Counted from the stretch's first letter, positions 28,600 through 43,830 are shown. The stretch is DNA of 64,000 bases from the human T2T-CHM13v2.0 reference genome, Homo sapiens (GCF_009914755.1 NC_060933.1), one strand, 5' to 3'. Notes: generated from the sequence alone by a model not told the origin. Numbers and translations are program-made.

Positions 28600-28750
28600 G
28601 GTTTGTGTGACGTAAGTACTGATGCCTGAATCCCAACACAAAGATTCTGTTTCAATAGTCTGGGCTGAGGCCCAAAAATCAGCCTTTAAACAAGTGTCCC
28701 AGGTGACTCAGATGCAAGGTGGCCCTTGGACCACACCTGGAGAAACACTG
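28600..28750. mobile_element. MER5B-type hAT MITE
   Basis: aaacaagtgtcccaggtgactcagatgca...ggaccacacctggagaaacactg. Confidence 0.65.
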
Positions 28751-31374
28751 ACGTAGCGAAGTCCTTCGTGGTACAGATAAAGAAGTTGTCGTAAAGGTTA
28801 AGTGGATTGCCCAAAGTCAATCCAACGAGTAAGTGGCAAATCTGGAATTAGAATACAGCTAACGCCTTTGCAACTACACTACATCACATTTTTTACTTAG
28901 CATTCCACACTTTTTTTTTTTTTTAATTTGGGTCACTGCTCTATAAGTAGCAGCTGCGAAAACATTCATAACTTACATTTGTGTGGCACTTCCTATAAAA
29001 AGAGCTCTCACATTCATTATCCAATATGATCCTCACCAAAATATATTTTCTGTATTTGGCAGATGAAGGGGCTGAAATTCAGAGAGATTAAGATTCTTGC
29101 TCAAAGTTATACTCAATTTGGGACAAAGTAGGACTTAATGAGTTCTGAAAACTAGTAAACACTCAAATGTTAACCATTATTATTATATTTTCTTTTTAGA
29201 AACTCTCAGAACTAAAAATATTGACCTAGGAAAAGTTAAGAAAAGTAGGAAAAATTGAAAACAAAACTGAAAACAGCCAAACTGCACGCAATAAAGTTTA
29301 TTACATATTAGAATAAATTTGATTTGATTCAAAAATGAATCAAATCTTTTTTATAAAATTTAGCTGTAAAATAAGGCTAAGGAAAAGTAAACGTGAGAGG
29401 AAAAATAACTCACAATAGTAGATGATTTAGTTACTGCAATTTGGTATGTTAAAAAACTAATCAATAAGTTAAGCCTTCATACACAAATCTTTGACATACA
29501 CAAAGATTTTAGTCGTATGAAAATTTTAGCTATATCTGAAACTCGTAGCAAACTAGAAATATTTTAACTGTGCTATATGTTGAAGGGATTAAAGTGAATT
29601 AATAATATATACTCTAGAAATGTCTTCTCAATAAAAATCAATGTTACTGTAATTCTGATTTAAATATCCATATTTATAAAGATAGTACAAAAATGTCCTC
29701 AAAGTTTAATCAAAACAATGGGTCAAAATGTCCCATGATCTCAATAAGCTTCCTAGTAATAAAGCTACATCTGTTACTATTAAAGTTATAAATCAGTAAC
29801 TGCAGAAGGACAATACACTGAACATGTAATATTTTATAATTTAATGGTAGTAAATCAGTTATATAATATAGATAGAGCAATACATAGAAATGAATATTTT
29901 TTGTTTCTGCTTCTCATTTCAATGCTTTTTAAATTTACAAATGCTTTCGGACAGATTTCCTGCCTTAAAGTATTAATACTAATTTAGATTGAACTGAAGC
30001 ATTAAGAAATTCCACTAAGGAATTCTATTAATGTTACTATCTCACTATGCTAATATAACATAACTACAGTTAGAATTACTCATATTTTGTTTCTATAGCA
30101 TGCTCTGCCACTCTAAATAAGTAGTTCTCATCTACTGGTACTCTAGAATATATGTATGGTGCCTTAGAAATAGTGTTTTTAATTAAAACATCTTCACTTT
30201 TCTTCTAGAACATTAGAATTTGCCAAATTAAACAAAGCCAGTGCTCTAATCTCTACCGTCTGATCGTTTTATACACACGCACACATACATATACACACAC
30301 ACACCTTTTAAAGAATGTCTAAATACAGCCTCTTTTGCTTTAGTTCAGAAACTCACTGATTCCAGCTCCTCAATTTATAGCTTGGCCTTTCCTCTCAGAC
30401 TGGACCAATATACAAAGGAGTACCACGTGCTTGGCAAGGTTAGCAAACCCAATCCCTTCAGCATAAAATGGTGAATCACTTGCTGGCTACAGCAAAACCT
30501 TCTGGACTGTTCACTTCATCCATCTTTTCTGCATGTTCTTTAAGGCTAGGCTCCTAAGTGGCTACCTTCTCTCTCCCAAGAGAAAGGAAAATAACTTGAG
30601 TGAATGAGTTCATGCCTGCAATATAAATATGAGAAGCTTTTTGAAGCACAGAAATACCTGTTTAGAATGAACTCATGGAAAACCCAACTTAAAATGCAGT
30701 GTTCTTTGTGTCAACAAAAGTCTACTTGGGCAGAATAAATAAGTGAAGCCATGAATTTCCAGTCTCCCAATGCCAGATTAAATCCCATTTCTTCAAAAAG
30801 ACCCTGTTATTGCTGTGTCACCCTATTAGAACCTCATATTTGCTTTGGATCATTATAATAACTCCTCTATGGGTGCAGGAGCCCTGCCAGGGTTTAAGTA
30901 AAGCCATGACCACATTCAGTCTAGACACTATCATCTTCACTAAAATACATGAACAGAAAGTAGCTTCTCAGAGGCACAGGCTCTAGTTAGGCCTCAAAGA
31001 AAAACAATATCAAAGGTACCAACAGAAGAAAAAAATTGTTTATATGAAAAAAACAAATTTCATTAAAATGCTTTTTTCAAAGAGCATGACAAAGACTATG
31101 TAACAGAAGGGAAAAATTCAATTTTGACACAGAAGTTTACAACATTACCTGTTCATAAGCAAGCAAAATTTCTGAGAAAACAAGATTCTATAAACTGAAT
31201 ACAATCCTTTATTTCAAGGCAACTCAAAATAAAATGCAGAAATAGTAAATAAGTGAAACTTCTTGTATAGTTAAATTGAACTCCAGGATAATATGGAAGC
31301 CTATAAGACAAAGGAGAAAATCCATGTAATATAGAATTGATTGCTATCTAAAATGCTGTATTTCCCAGCCAATA

Positions 31375-31375
<1 letters not shown>

Positions 31376-31406
<31 letters not shown>
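31376..31406. repeat. (TG)n microsatellite
   Basis: Directly visible. Confidence 0.95.
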
Positions 31407-31407
<1 letters not shown>

Positions 31408-31409
<2 letters not shown>

Positions 31410-31528
31410 AGTTGCCAGATAAAACACAAGATACCCGTTAAATTTTAATTTCAAATAAAAAAGAAGTATTTGTTTTTTAGTATAAGTATATCCCATGCAA
31501 TTATTTTTATTGGCTAAATTCGGCAATT
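31408..31528. mobile_element. MER53 MITE, one arm largely deleted
   Basis: gttgccagataaaacacaagatacccgttaaattttaatttc...tagtataagtatatcccatgcaa...ctaaattcggcaa. Confidence 0.75.
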
Positions 31529-31897
31529 CATATGTGTGCCTCCTATGTTCATTCTCATTTTTTCAATCTGTATCAGGAAATCAGAAATGATGCTTCGAGT
31601 TGCAAAGAACGTAAACCCCTCAAAAACAGAACTATACATTTCCAGATGAAACAGCTGCCTGTGAATTCTACTGCTGTAACAATAACAAAAAACACCTGAA
31701 GACATTCTGAAACCTCAACCAGGCCATTACAGACTGTAAAACACCATAGAAAATTATATTCTCGTTATGTTTCAGGTATAGGTGTCGACTTTTCCTGGCA
31801 ATGATCTTTCAGATCCTGAAACACATACACGTCACTGTCAATCCCTTCTTCTTCTCCATAGGATGTTAATCTGACATATAGAAATGAATCCCTTTCC

Positions 31898-32200
31898 ACC
31901 GGACGTGGTGGCTCACGCCTGTAATCCAGCACTTTGGGAGGCTGAGGCAGGCAGATTACCTGAGATTGAGAGTTCGATACCACCCTGACCAACATGGAGA
32001 AACTCCATCTCTACTAAATACAAAAAATTAGCTGGGTGTGGTGGCCTGTAATCCCAGCTGCTCGGGAGGCTGAGGCAAGAGAATCACTTGAACCCAGGAG
32101 GCAGAGGTTGCAGTGAGGTGGAGATTGCGCCATTGCACTCCAGCCTAGACAACAAGAGCAAAACTCCATCTCAAAAAATAAAAATAAAAATAAAAATAAA
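31898..32200 (+). mobile_element. AluSp-type
   Basis: ctgaccaacatggagaaac; TSD AATCCCTTTCC. Confidence 0.93.
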
Positions 32201-32307
32201 TTAATCCCTTTCCTTATAGGTCAGTAACCATTCAAAACCCATTTACTTCATAACCAGTTTGATGATGTCAAATTGCTATCTCTAGTCAATTAAGAAAGTG
32301 AATATTG

Positions 32308-32713
<406 letters not shown>

Positions 32714-32996
32714 CTATTGTCATAGCTAAGTGAAATACTAATTACAATACAAGAAAAGTAATTGAATATTTCATTCAATTCAGGGTATAAAGAATATCTA
32801 ATAGAAATAATTCCTTTGCCTAGGCTTACTTAGCAAACTTCTATACATCATCTAAGATGAAATTCCAACATCAATTTCATCTTGAAGTCTTTTCCAGACA
32901 TTGCCCGGTGAAATACAGCATTCACATAGCACTTTGCCTGTTTTGTCATATTATATTGTGTTTATTTACCATGTTATATTGCACTTATTTAAATTA

Positions 32997-33683
<687 letters not shown>

Positions 33684-34214
33684 TTAGCCTTAAAAAAAGT
33701 CCTGAGAGGCAGGAGTTGTAGCTGCTTAATTATAACGACCTTATGGCAAATATCCCTTTGAATGAGATCCACTATCAAATCGCATTGAATTTTTGGCTAC
33801 CTGGGTATATTACTATTGTAACTAGGCAACCTGTAAAACTCCCAATCCAGAACAAGAGGTATATTTCATGTAGTCATTCAGCAAATATCTAGAGTGCCAG
33901 GACCTATTCTAGGTGCTGGGAAGTAAGATAAAGCCCTGGCATCATAGAACAGCCATGATGATTCTTCACAGAGATTCATGAGGTAGCAGTGAGAGATTAG
34001 GAGTTATTAATAAATAGCATTTTCTTTGTAAGTAAATGACGATGAATCCCAGACTAAAGGATTCACAGGTGGTCAAACTGTGAAGCTAGGACCGGCTAGA
34101 GAACAGCAATCAGGTCTCATGAACCCAGCCATTCGTCATTTCTTCCATACATGCCAGACATGGCCCTTCACTGCTGATCAAAAGGAAACAGAATAACAGA
34201 ATGGTGCCTTAGAT

Positions 34215-34559
34215 CAGGGGTTCGAAATCCCCAGGCCATGGACCAGTAACAGTCCATAGCCTGTTAAGAATCGGGCTGCACAGCAGGAGGTGAGCAGCAG
34301 ATGCGCAAGCATTACTGCTTGAGCTCTGCCTCCTGCCAGATCAGTGGCGGCATTAGATTCTCATAGGAGTGTGAACCCTATTGTGATCTGCAGATGTGAG
34401 GGATCTAGATTGCGTGCTTCTTATGAGAATCTAACTAATGCCTGATGATCTAAGTTGGAACATTTCATCCCTAAACCATCCCCCCTCCTCCAACCCATCT
34501 GTGGAAAAATTGTCTTCCATGAAAGTGATTCCTGGGGCCAAAAAGGTTGGGGACCACTG
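34215..34559 (+). mobile_element. MER1B (hAT-Charlie)
   Basis: cagggg...ttggggaccactg TIRs; 8-bp TSD CCTTAGAT/CCCTAGAT. Confidence 0.92.
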
Positions 34560-35039
34560 CCCTAGATGATGCCTGGGCTTTCAGCTGTGCCTTAAGTACT
34601 GCAGATCCATCTGAGGGAGCTCATGACTTTCTTATAGACATTGACAAAGTGGCCTGTTACATTCCAAAGTTCATTTTAATAGTCAACACCATTTAACCAA
34701 CTCTGAAGAGTCAGCAGATCAGAACTATTAGCATTTCCTGTGATGCTAACAGGATTTTTCATACATAGGGCTGAGGCTCAACAAGTAGGGTGTAGGCAAA
34801 GCTGCAGTAAAAGCAAAGGCCATTCATTCGGGATAAAAATTTACAGAGTATAATTCGAGCCAACAGCTGCTGGAACACAATAGTAATTTCATACTATGTC
34901 ATAGAAATGAAGCACCATCTCGCACATCAAATTATACGTGGACTTGGTGTGTAGGTAGATGTGAATGGATGTGGGTGTGTCAAAAAAGAGAAAGGGAAAG
35001 AAAAAGGAGGGGAATTCTCATGAGGACACAACCTAAGAG

Positions 35040-35290
35040 TAATGATAATACTTGCTACCATTAAGTGTCTTCTGTAAGCCACATGTATGTGCTTTACATA
35101 AATCAGTTCATCTAATGCTCACAACCACTTGAGAAAGGCCCTATGATTCTTACTTTGTTAATTCTGAAACCAAGACTCAGAGAGGTTAAGTCAGTTATTT
35201 GGGACTATGGAACTCGTAAGCAAGGAGCCAGGATGTGAACTTCAAACTCTGGCCTATCTTACTCCAGATCTAAACTCTCAACCCCTAGGA
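35040..35290 (-). mobile_element. MIR
   Basis: gaaaccaagactcagagaggttaagtca. Confidence 0.65.
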
Positions 35291-36067
35291 AACAGTGATT
35301 CTCAGTGGTCACCACAATTCATTTAAGAAATCTTTGCATCATTTATTACCTTTAACGACAAGGAAAAGTAAATGACTTTCCAACATTCATATTTGGATGA
35401 ACAAGAGTCTCGGCCAGACAAGGCCTGAATCACTCTCAACAGACCTAAAATAAGAGCTTCATGTTCTGGTTCCTCTGTCCACACTTCAAAAGGAACTCTG
35501 TTAGGTTCATGTGGTATTTTTGGTTTCTGTTTCTGTTTAAACGTTTCTTCTGAGAAAAAATATTTGAATGGAGATGGGCAACAAAAGGGTATAAAGAGCT
35601 GGTGTTTGAAAGTTGTTTTCTGTTTTGACCCAAGCCCAGGATGTGGGGTCTGGGAAGCACTGTGGGACTTTTGCAAGGACTGTCTCCTGGCCACCACCCA
35701 TGGTGCCAAGCAGCCTAATGGCTGGCCAAACAATCGAGGCTCTCATGGATATTCGCTCAGGTTCTTCCTCAAAGAGGCCTTTACAGGGATGCCACTGGGA
35801 CCTGAGGAGACATGGGGTAGCTTTAGTTCCCCTTCAGAGTAACAGAATGTGTAGCCGGTCACCTGTGGCCAGGGAATAAGAGACTCTGTGTCCATTCCCT
35901 GCCCCTAGCAACAGGACCAATTGGGAAGTCTTCCCTTCCTGCCACATGGCTCTCCCACAGGAAAGTAAAGCCCCCAGATTCATCTCTTTGAGAGGATCCT
36001 TTATACACTCGCCACTCCCTTTAATGGGGGATAGTGCATCTAAAAGCTTATTATGAGAGAAGGTAAT

Positions 36068-36167
36068 GGCTGGTCTGAGTGCAGGGACGTGTACAACTAA
36101 TTGATTATAACCAATTACAGATTTCTTTGTTCTTTCTCCACTCCCACTGTTCTACTTGACTAGCCTT
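36068..36167 (+). pseudogene. Y3 RNA (hY3) retropseudogene
   Basis: ggctggtctgagtgcagggacgtgtacaactaattgattataaccaattacagatttctttgttctttctccactcccactgttctacttgactagcctt aligns with hY3; A tail 36168-36180; TSD core AGAAGGT. Confidence 0.95.
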
Positions 36168-36471
36168 AAAAAATAAAAAAGAAGGTGGAATGCACCGTTC
36201 ATACAAAGAAGAATCATAGTCCCTTATTTTTGTCCCAGTCCCCTTTCAAGTTTTCCTCTAGAAAGCTCTACATGGTTGATCCACAGTAGTTACTGTCCTT
36301 ATAATTTTATTTACAGAATAAATAGAATCCTAAGTAATCTTGGAAATCAAATTGGTCACCTTATCATACGGAAAAAATTAACACAGGGAAAGTAACTTGC
36401 CCAGAATCATCCAGATAGTTCTTGTCAAAGAGTAGATTCCAGAGGTGCCCTGACTCAGTGAATATAACTGA

Positions 36472-36539
36472 ACACACACACAAACACACACACACACACA
36501 CACACAGAGAGTGAGAGAGAGAGGAGAGGAGAGAGAGAG
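36472..36539. repeat. Compound (CA)n(GA)n microsatellite
   Basis: Directly visible. Confidence 0.93.
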
Positions 36540-37168
36540 CACAAACTTAATATAAAAACCAAGTGGAATGAAAAATAGTAACATAATGCTGTTGTCAAGA
36601 AAGCTAACAGGATGCTAATATATGTGAAAAGCTACTATATGTGATGCTAATAATGTACAAGCGATTCAGTTTCAGATAACTTTTTTCAAGGTTTAATTAG
36701 GGAGGGAGATTACCAATTGGTTATAAGAAGACCTATTCAAGGAAACTCTTCCTTTGAGAACCAGTTACCTTCACAGCCACAATGTTTACACCTAATCCTG
36801 GCTAGCCACATAAATACATGGCTGAAGTTCCCAAAAAAAGATGATGATGGAAAGTGTGGATGGGACTGAACAAGGCAGGGGCAGTAAAAATAGCACCTTA
36901 GTGGAAGTCAGGAAACTTGGATCCTGGCTTGGATCAGGAGCTAACTAAGACCTGAAGTTCTCAATTAACCTGGGGGTCTCGGTCTCTTCATTTGTAAGAT
37001 GTGGGAGTTGGATGATATAATTTTTAGGGATCCTTTCAAGTTCTAAGAATTCTAAATCTGGACCGACTCCAGCCTTAAAAAAAAAAAAAGCCAATTATAC
37101 ACAGCAATACAAGTCCAGTGTTGAGAGCTGCATTTGAAAAACTAAAAGAGAACCTAGAAAAAAATATT

Positions 37169-37300
37169 GGCTGGGCATGGTGGCTCACACCTGAAATCTC
37201 AACACTTTGGGAGGCTGAGGTGAGCAGATCACTTGAGCTCACGAGTTCAACACCAGCCTAGGCAACATGGTGAAACCCTGGCTCTAAAACAAAAAAAAGA
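37169..37300 (+). mobile_element. Alu left monomer / FLAM_C
   Basis: Single monomer with A tail. Confidence 0.85.
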
Positions 37301-37326
37301 ACAAACAGAGAGCAGAGCCTTGGAGG

Positions 37327-37460
37327 AGGGTGACCATTCATCCTAGGTTGCCCTAAACAGTCTTGATTTACTCCTGTTATCCCAGATTCCCAACAGTTAG
37401 TGCCTGTTTTCATTCCCAAAAGCATCTCAGTTTGGATGATACATTATGTGAGGACTCTGC
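37327..37460. mobile_element. MER94-like hAT-Blackjack MITE
   Basis: agggtgaccat terminus; ttgatttactcctgttatccc...tcagtttggatgatacattat. Confidence 0.65.
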
Positions 37461-39009
37461 CTATAAGGAATTGGTGTTCATTTGATCTTGGGGAACCCTT
37501 CATCGTCTCCCAACTCCCACAGACAGAAGCTCAAACTTCTCAGTATGTTATAAAGGTTTTGACCCTCTTGTCAAAACTCCATCTGGCATACCTACTAGGT
37601 GCTAATCACACCTGACTACTTTCAGTTCCTCAAAGGTGATCATCATTGCTCATGAACTGGTCACCTTCTCCTCCACCCAATGCTACAGTGAGGCAAGCTC
37701 CTCTACATCCAGCAAGACTCAGCTCAAGATTGCCTCCTCTGGGAGCCCCTCCCATCACTCCACTCGTCATCACTCTCTGCCCATACCTCTACTAGCACAT
37801 GAACCCGAGTGCTTTGCAGCTCTTTTTTAGTCTCCTCTACTACATCATAAGCTCTGTAAAGAATTTTTTCTCTTATCCCTTAGCACACAATTGGCACTCA
37901 ACAACATGCTTGTTGAAGTAAACTGAAAAGAGAAGCACATATAGATTTGCTAATAGGACAGTAGCCAAATTAAATCTTTCATCAGAGTGAATAAGAAAAC
38001 TATGGTCTTAAACTTATCTGACTCCTGCCACTTTCGTCACCACTGGTGACAGTCACCATGGTATGTGAAGAGTCAGTGTCCTGTGGCCAAAAGGCATGGT
38101 CTACAAGAATCTGACAGCTGATTTCCAGTTCTGCCACTTACAAAAAGAATGATCTTAGACAAGTTACTTAACCTATCCTAATTCAGTTCCCTCAACGTAA
38201 AATGAGGAAAATGTAACTCCTTGATGTAAGAGTATAAACAACACAGGAAGAGTAGGGCCGCATACTGACCCTAGTACAGAGAATGTAAGACATAAGGAGT
38301 AATTTAGCTTCCATGGTGATCGTTTCCAACCAGAACAAACTAGAAAAACAGTGTCTCCCTCTTCTTCCCCAAAGAGGTAAGCCACACCTGGATTCATTTT
38401 ACTTTATGTCTCTCCCCAGGACTCAGATGTAAAAACTTCACATCTTAACCATGATTTTCTCTTTTCAAATTCTGGATCTCCTCCTCTCTAAGTATCCTGG
38501 ACAGAAGTGTCATCACAAAGAATACAGCCAAAAAGGAAAGGACTTATAATTCAAGACATGCCATGGTCAAATAAGGAAGAACATCTTGACGGCCACTCTG
38601 ACTCAATAGTGGAAACGACTCAGAAGGAATTCTTGGTAAAATGTCAAGTAGGGAGACTTCAAGCCTAGGGAGGGATTACATGACTTTATGCTAGGGCAAT
38701 GAACCTTCAAGTTAACTATACCTTGAACAAAATCCTCCCTCAATCAGAAGCCATCAGTTAGTGCTGCTGCAACATGAAACAGTGGAAAAGGGTGGATGAA
38801 ATGAGGGTCATCAGAAGCAAAAGGAAGAAAAGATTGCTCCCTTAAAAGCTTTCTCTGCCCAGGGAAACAAAGCCCAGTCAGCACAGCTAGGCAGTTTCAA
38901 CAGAAACAAATGAGATCACAGTGTTTCAATTTAATAGCACACACTGCTTGCTGTTCAAATGTTATAACTAAATACAGCATGTGCTGCTAGTTGTTTTGAT
39001 TAAAGGGAA

Positions 39010-39275
39010 GTAGAATAACATGGAGGGGACAAACACATGGGTTCTGAAACCCAAGTGCCCAACCTTGAATCCCAGCTCCTGACCTTGAATCCCCGTTCCT
39101 ATACTTCCTAGCTGTGTGGCTGTGGGAGAGTTACCTAACCTCTCCTTACCTCAGTTTTTATCAACTGGAAAATAAGGATAACAAATCAATAACAGTACCT
39201 ATACGCCATAGGGTTGTAATTTACAAATACTAATTTCTAAGGTAGCACATGATTTATGCCAAATAAGTATTTCAC
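39010..39275 (+). mobile_element. MIR
   Basis: gagttacctaacctctccttacctcagttttt...aaaataaggataa. Confidence 0.7.
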
Positions 39276-39975
39276 AACTAAAAATAATTATTAAGATCCA
39301 GTACTCACTCAAAAGCAGCTTAATACAAGATCATGCTTAAAAACCAGCCATTGGTATTGCCCATTATTAATCTCAAAGATGACTTTATTTTAATATAACT
39401 TGACTCATAACAAGTCAGTTGCTGACCAACAAATTCTTCTTTTGATCATGAAGACTGAATAGGTCTAAAACCCAGGGATCATTTTGATGAAGTGAAAATG
39501 GAAACTGAGTAATCATTCCCAGAATAAATGGAAGTAAAACAAACATATTATTTACTGAGCACCCATTGTAGCCAGGAGTTTTCCAGGCTGTTGTATTTTA
39601 GAAGGCATAGAACATAAAGGTGTCGCTAGGTTTGGCTCCCACATAGCTGAATAAAGTGGCATTTACTGTAGTGAATTCACTACGGCTCTGGTCTTCAGTT
39701 TTGAAGGCAGAGAAACTTGGTTTTGTCATCACATGCATTCCCTCAGCATTTATTGACTACCTACTTTGTACCAGATAGCCGTGACAGGCAATGTGGCAAC
39801 GTGGAGAAAACAAACAATCATTACAATCCTGCCTGCCCTCACAAACCTGGCAATCTGGCAGTGAAGACAAATACTAAAAACCAAATGTACACAAACTAAA
39901 GTAAAATAACCAGATTATCAATGGACTAATTTACAAAGAGAAGAACTTCGAGTAGACCAGAATTCTTGTTCCTAC

Positions 39976-40772
<797 letters not shown>

Positions 40773-43082
40773 TGACAAGACCAACCCATGTCTCCCATGT
40801 AACCGTGCCTATCTAAGGATGGACACTTACAATTCAAATAGGGGAGCATACTGTAGGAATGGCATTAGGCACCACGCCTTGAAAAACATCTGTTAGGATT
40901 GTGACTTCCCCATTCTAAACTTTCCAACCACTCCCTGCCCACATCCTGCCCATTCTCTTATTCTTGCTACTTTTCTCAAAAAGGCTACGGTCCATTTAAT
41001 TTCTGTTTCCTATATTACAATCTTATTCCCATCTTTCTTCACCAAATACCTTCACCTATCACCGTGACGGGGTTTTCCATGTTCTGAAAGTTCTTCCATC
41101 TCACAGCTTTAAAAATCATGCTCTTTATTCCAGAGATGTCAACTGCATTCGATCTTTGTGGAGTATACTAGTTTAAATATTATTTCTGTTATTTTAAAGT
41201 TAGTGGTTGTGCAGTGGTAGTAGTTGGGCATGGGAAAGTGGCATTTAGGGCAAATGTACACTGAAACACTAGCTCCTATAGCCTCAAAATGATTATTTCA
41301 ACCTGAAAAACAACCCAAAGAGGCACAAAAGTATGTGAATCATTCAGTACATTGCACACTGGAATACACAAGATATTATACAAAGGTCAAAATTAAAACA
41401 AGAACTTGGCAGGTTAATAGTCCAAGTTCAGTAGTCATTTGCTGCTGGCAATTCTGCAAACTATGAGTAGCACTTGTCGTAATAGAAAAAGTTCATGCAT
41501 ATAAAAAATGTCAACCAACATTTAGGTCATCAGCAAATAAATATTTGAGTCAATACAGGAAAAAAGTCTCATGTTATTTAATGTCTCATGTTTTATTTCA
41601 TACAAAAATAGCATCCATGGTAAACAAAGATGTGTTTTATCCACATCATGGAAAATGTGGCCTTGTGGCACAGGTGTGCTTAAGGTCCTGTTAATAAACA
41701 TACAGAGAAACCATTTTTGTAGTTCTACTAATCTTCATTGGATGCAATAAGACAATCTCATATCTGAGGTGATGGGGTCCTCAGTGTTTCAGTTAGTTAG
41801 GCAGGGTTTTAGGTGTGTCAGTGATCCCAAGGCTTAGTTGCTATTCTCACAGGTCTACAAGAGGGTCAACAATGAGTATAGCTGAAAATGATGTCCATGA
41901 TGCAGTCATCCTAACCAAAACAGACGAGACCTATGCATCAATCTGAATACTACTTTATATAATGATCAGCAGGACCCTGTCTCCTTCCAGTGGCTAAAAT
42001 TAAGGTAATTCCCAGAGTTTCAGAGGAGCCACATAATCCCATGTTACATTCACCCAAAAATGCTATATAAATTGGAGCACAGAGAATTATAGGAACTTTC
42101 CATTGAATTTCTGTGGGGAAAGAGGAGGTGATAAAATGTTTTTTTTCAATTTCCATAGGGAAAGATGAAATGATAAAAGGTTTTCAAAAAAGATTTTTTA
42201 ATGTGATCAAACGTTAACCTGAATATAGTCTATGGAGAATGTATAATTCCATTGGGTAATTATTTTAAAAAACTCTCACTCTACTCTCAGCTCCAAAGGA
42301 AATGTCTGTATCTGTCCTTTTCATGGAGCCAGCACAGAGCGTAGAACATAGTAGGTGCTCTTTAACTACCTTCTACACACATAAGTGAATATATTCTTCT
42401 TGATCACTACTATGAATTTTTCATCCAAGAAAAACAATGCTTATTTAAAAGCAGAAGGTATTTGAGTCTACAAATCTTGCTCTTCACCTTGAAATATGAA
42501 TTAACCTCCACTACTACAAATAGAAAATTAATAGAAAATAAGGAAGTTTTCATGAAGATGACTGTCAGAGAATATCATTAATTCCAATCTGTTTTGTTCA
42601 GTAAATCTATATAAAACCTTGATATACTACCTATAATGTAGCAACAATTACAGAATAGACTAACAAAAATAACTATATATGGAAGCATATTCATATTCTA
42701 CAAAAGCACTTTCTGTCTGAAAATATGTAATACAGAAACCACAATGCAAAAGTTTCACAATTTAGGCTGTAAGAAAAATGAATGAGTTTGACTGGTAATT
42801 CTGGTATTTTCAATATTAGATAGCCAAACTCTTCAATGACATCTTTTACATCATCATCATTTATACTGCACCACTGGGACCCATGTTTCCCTAACGCTAA
42901 TTCTATAATTTTAGGAAGACTCATAAGCTGACATTTAATATAAAGGTGCCTCATCCCCTTGTAATTCCTGGTGAATTACCTGGTGAATATTCATACTGTT
43001 GGTTACCTCTGACATAAAATAATGTGGTTTATGTTAGTCACTGAGAATCTATAAAGTAAGTTACAGTCAAGACAGAACTTAC

Positions 43083-43830
43083 CAAGCACAATGACCACAG
43101 TCTTCAGAAGACTCATCATGGTATCCCGATTCCGCCGGGGTCCAGAACTATGCCGAGACATTCTCATAGTCCTCTGGCGAACATAGCCAAAGATGTGAGC
43201 ATAGAGAACCACCATTACCACAAAGGTCACCAAGTTGAAAATGGCCCAGAAGACTAAGTAAGAGTCACTGTAGAGGGGTGCCATGTTGGAACAATTTTCA
43301 ATATCACAGATACAGTTCCAGCCCACACTGGGTATAGCACCCATAACGATGGCCATAGTCCAGATGACCACAATGACCACCACTACCCGCCGGTTGCTCA
43401 TCCGTGTGTGGAGCTGCATGCGGAAAACCGTAATGTGCCTCTCGATTGCAATAGCCAGTAAGTTGGCCACAGATGCCGTCAGGCTGGTGTCAATGAGGCC
43501 CTGACGAAGGAGCCATGTGCTAACAGTCAGTCTCCGAGTATTGGGTCCTGTGTTGAACATGAGATAGAAGTAGGCCAACCCAGCAAAGAAGTCTGCAGCA
43601 GCCAGATTAGCCATTAGGTAATAAATAGGAAAATGGAAGCGGCGGTTGACATAGATTGCCACCATGACCAATAGGTTGGCCAACATGATGAAGATACAAA
43701 CAGTGATTCCAAGTCCCATCACCAGCTTGCTGACTGTGTTCCATTCTGTGGCAAGATGCTTTCCACTTCGGTTATAAAAGAAGGCAATGGACTCGTTGTA
43801 GAAGCACTGTGGTTCATTCATGGCTGTGAA
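43083..43830 (-). CDS. LPAR1: LPAR1 main coding exon (748 bp): lysophosphatidic acid receptor 1, residues F16-G265 (N-terminus to mid-TM6)
   Basis: ORF 43003..43821 translates MNEPQCFYNESIAFFYNRSGKHLATEWNTVSKLVMGLG...LLRQGL...AIERH...KTVVIVLG, matching human LPA1. Acceptor: polypyrimidine tract + TAG|TTCACAGCCATG (AG at 43832-43831). Donor: CTTG|GTAAGT (GT at 43082-43081, phase 1). Has the ERH motif, N-glycosylation sequons NES/NRS, TM3 R124/Q125 and the extracellular cysteines. Confidence 0.98.

Noticed and set aside
35323-35879. Cluster of overlapping 69-136-aa ORFs in unique sequence
   Set aside because: No recognisable domain or splice structure; expected by chance in a locally GC-richer patch.
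43283-43504. Antisense 73-aa ORF over the exon
   Set aside because: Shadow of the sense codon pattern; no independent support.
43003-43821. 272-aa ORF as a complete single-exon GPCR
   Set aside because: Canonical splice sites bound the LPA1-matching part; TM7 and the C-tail are on an exon outside the window.
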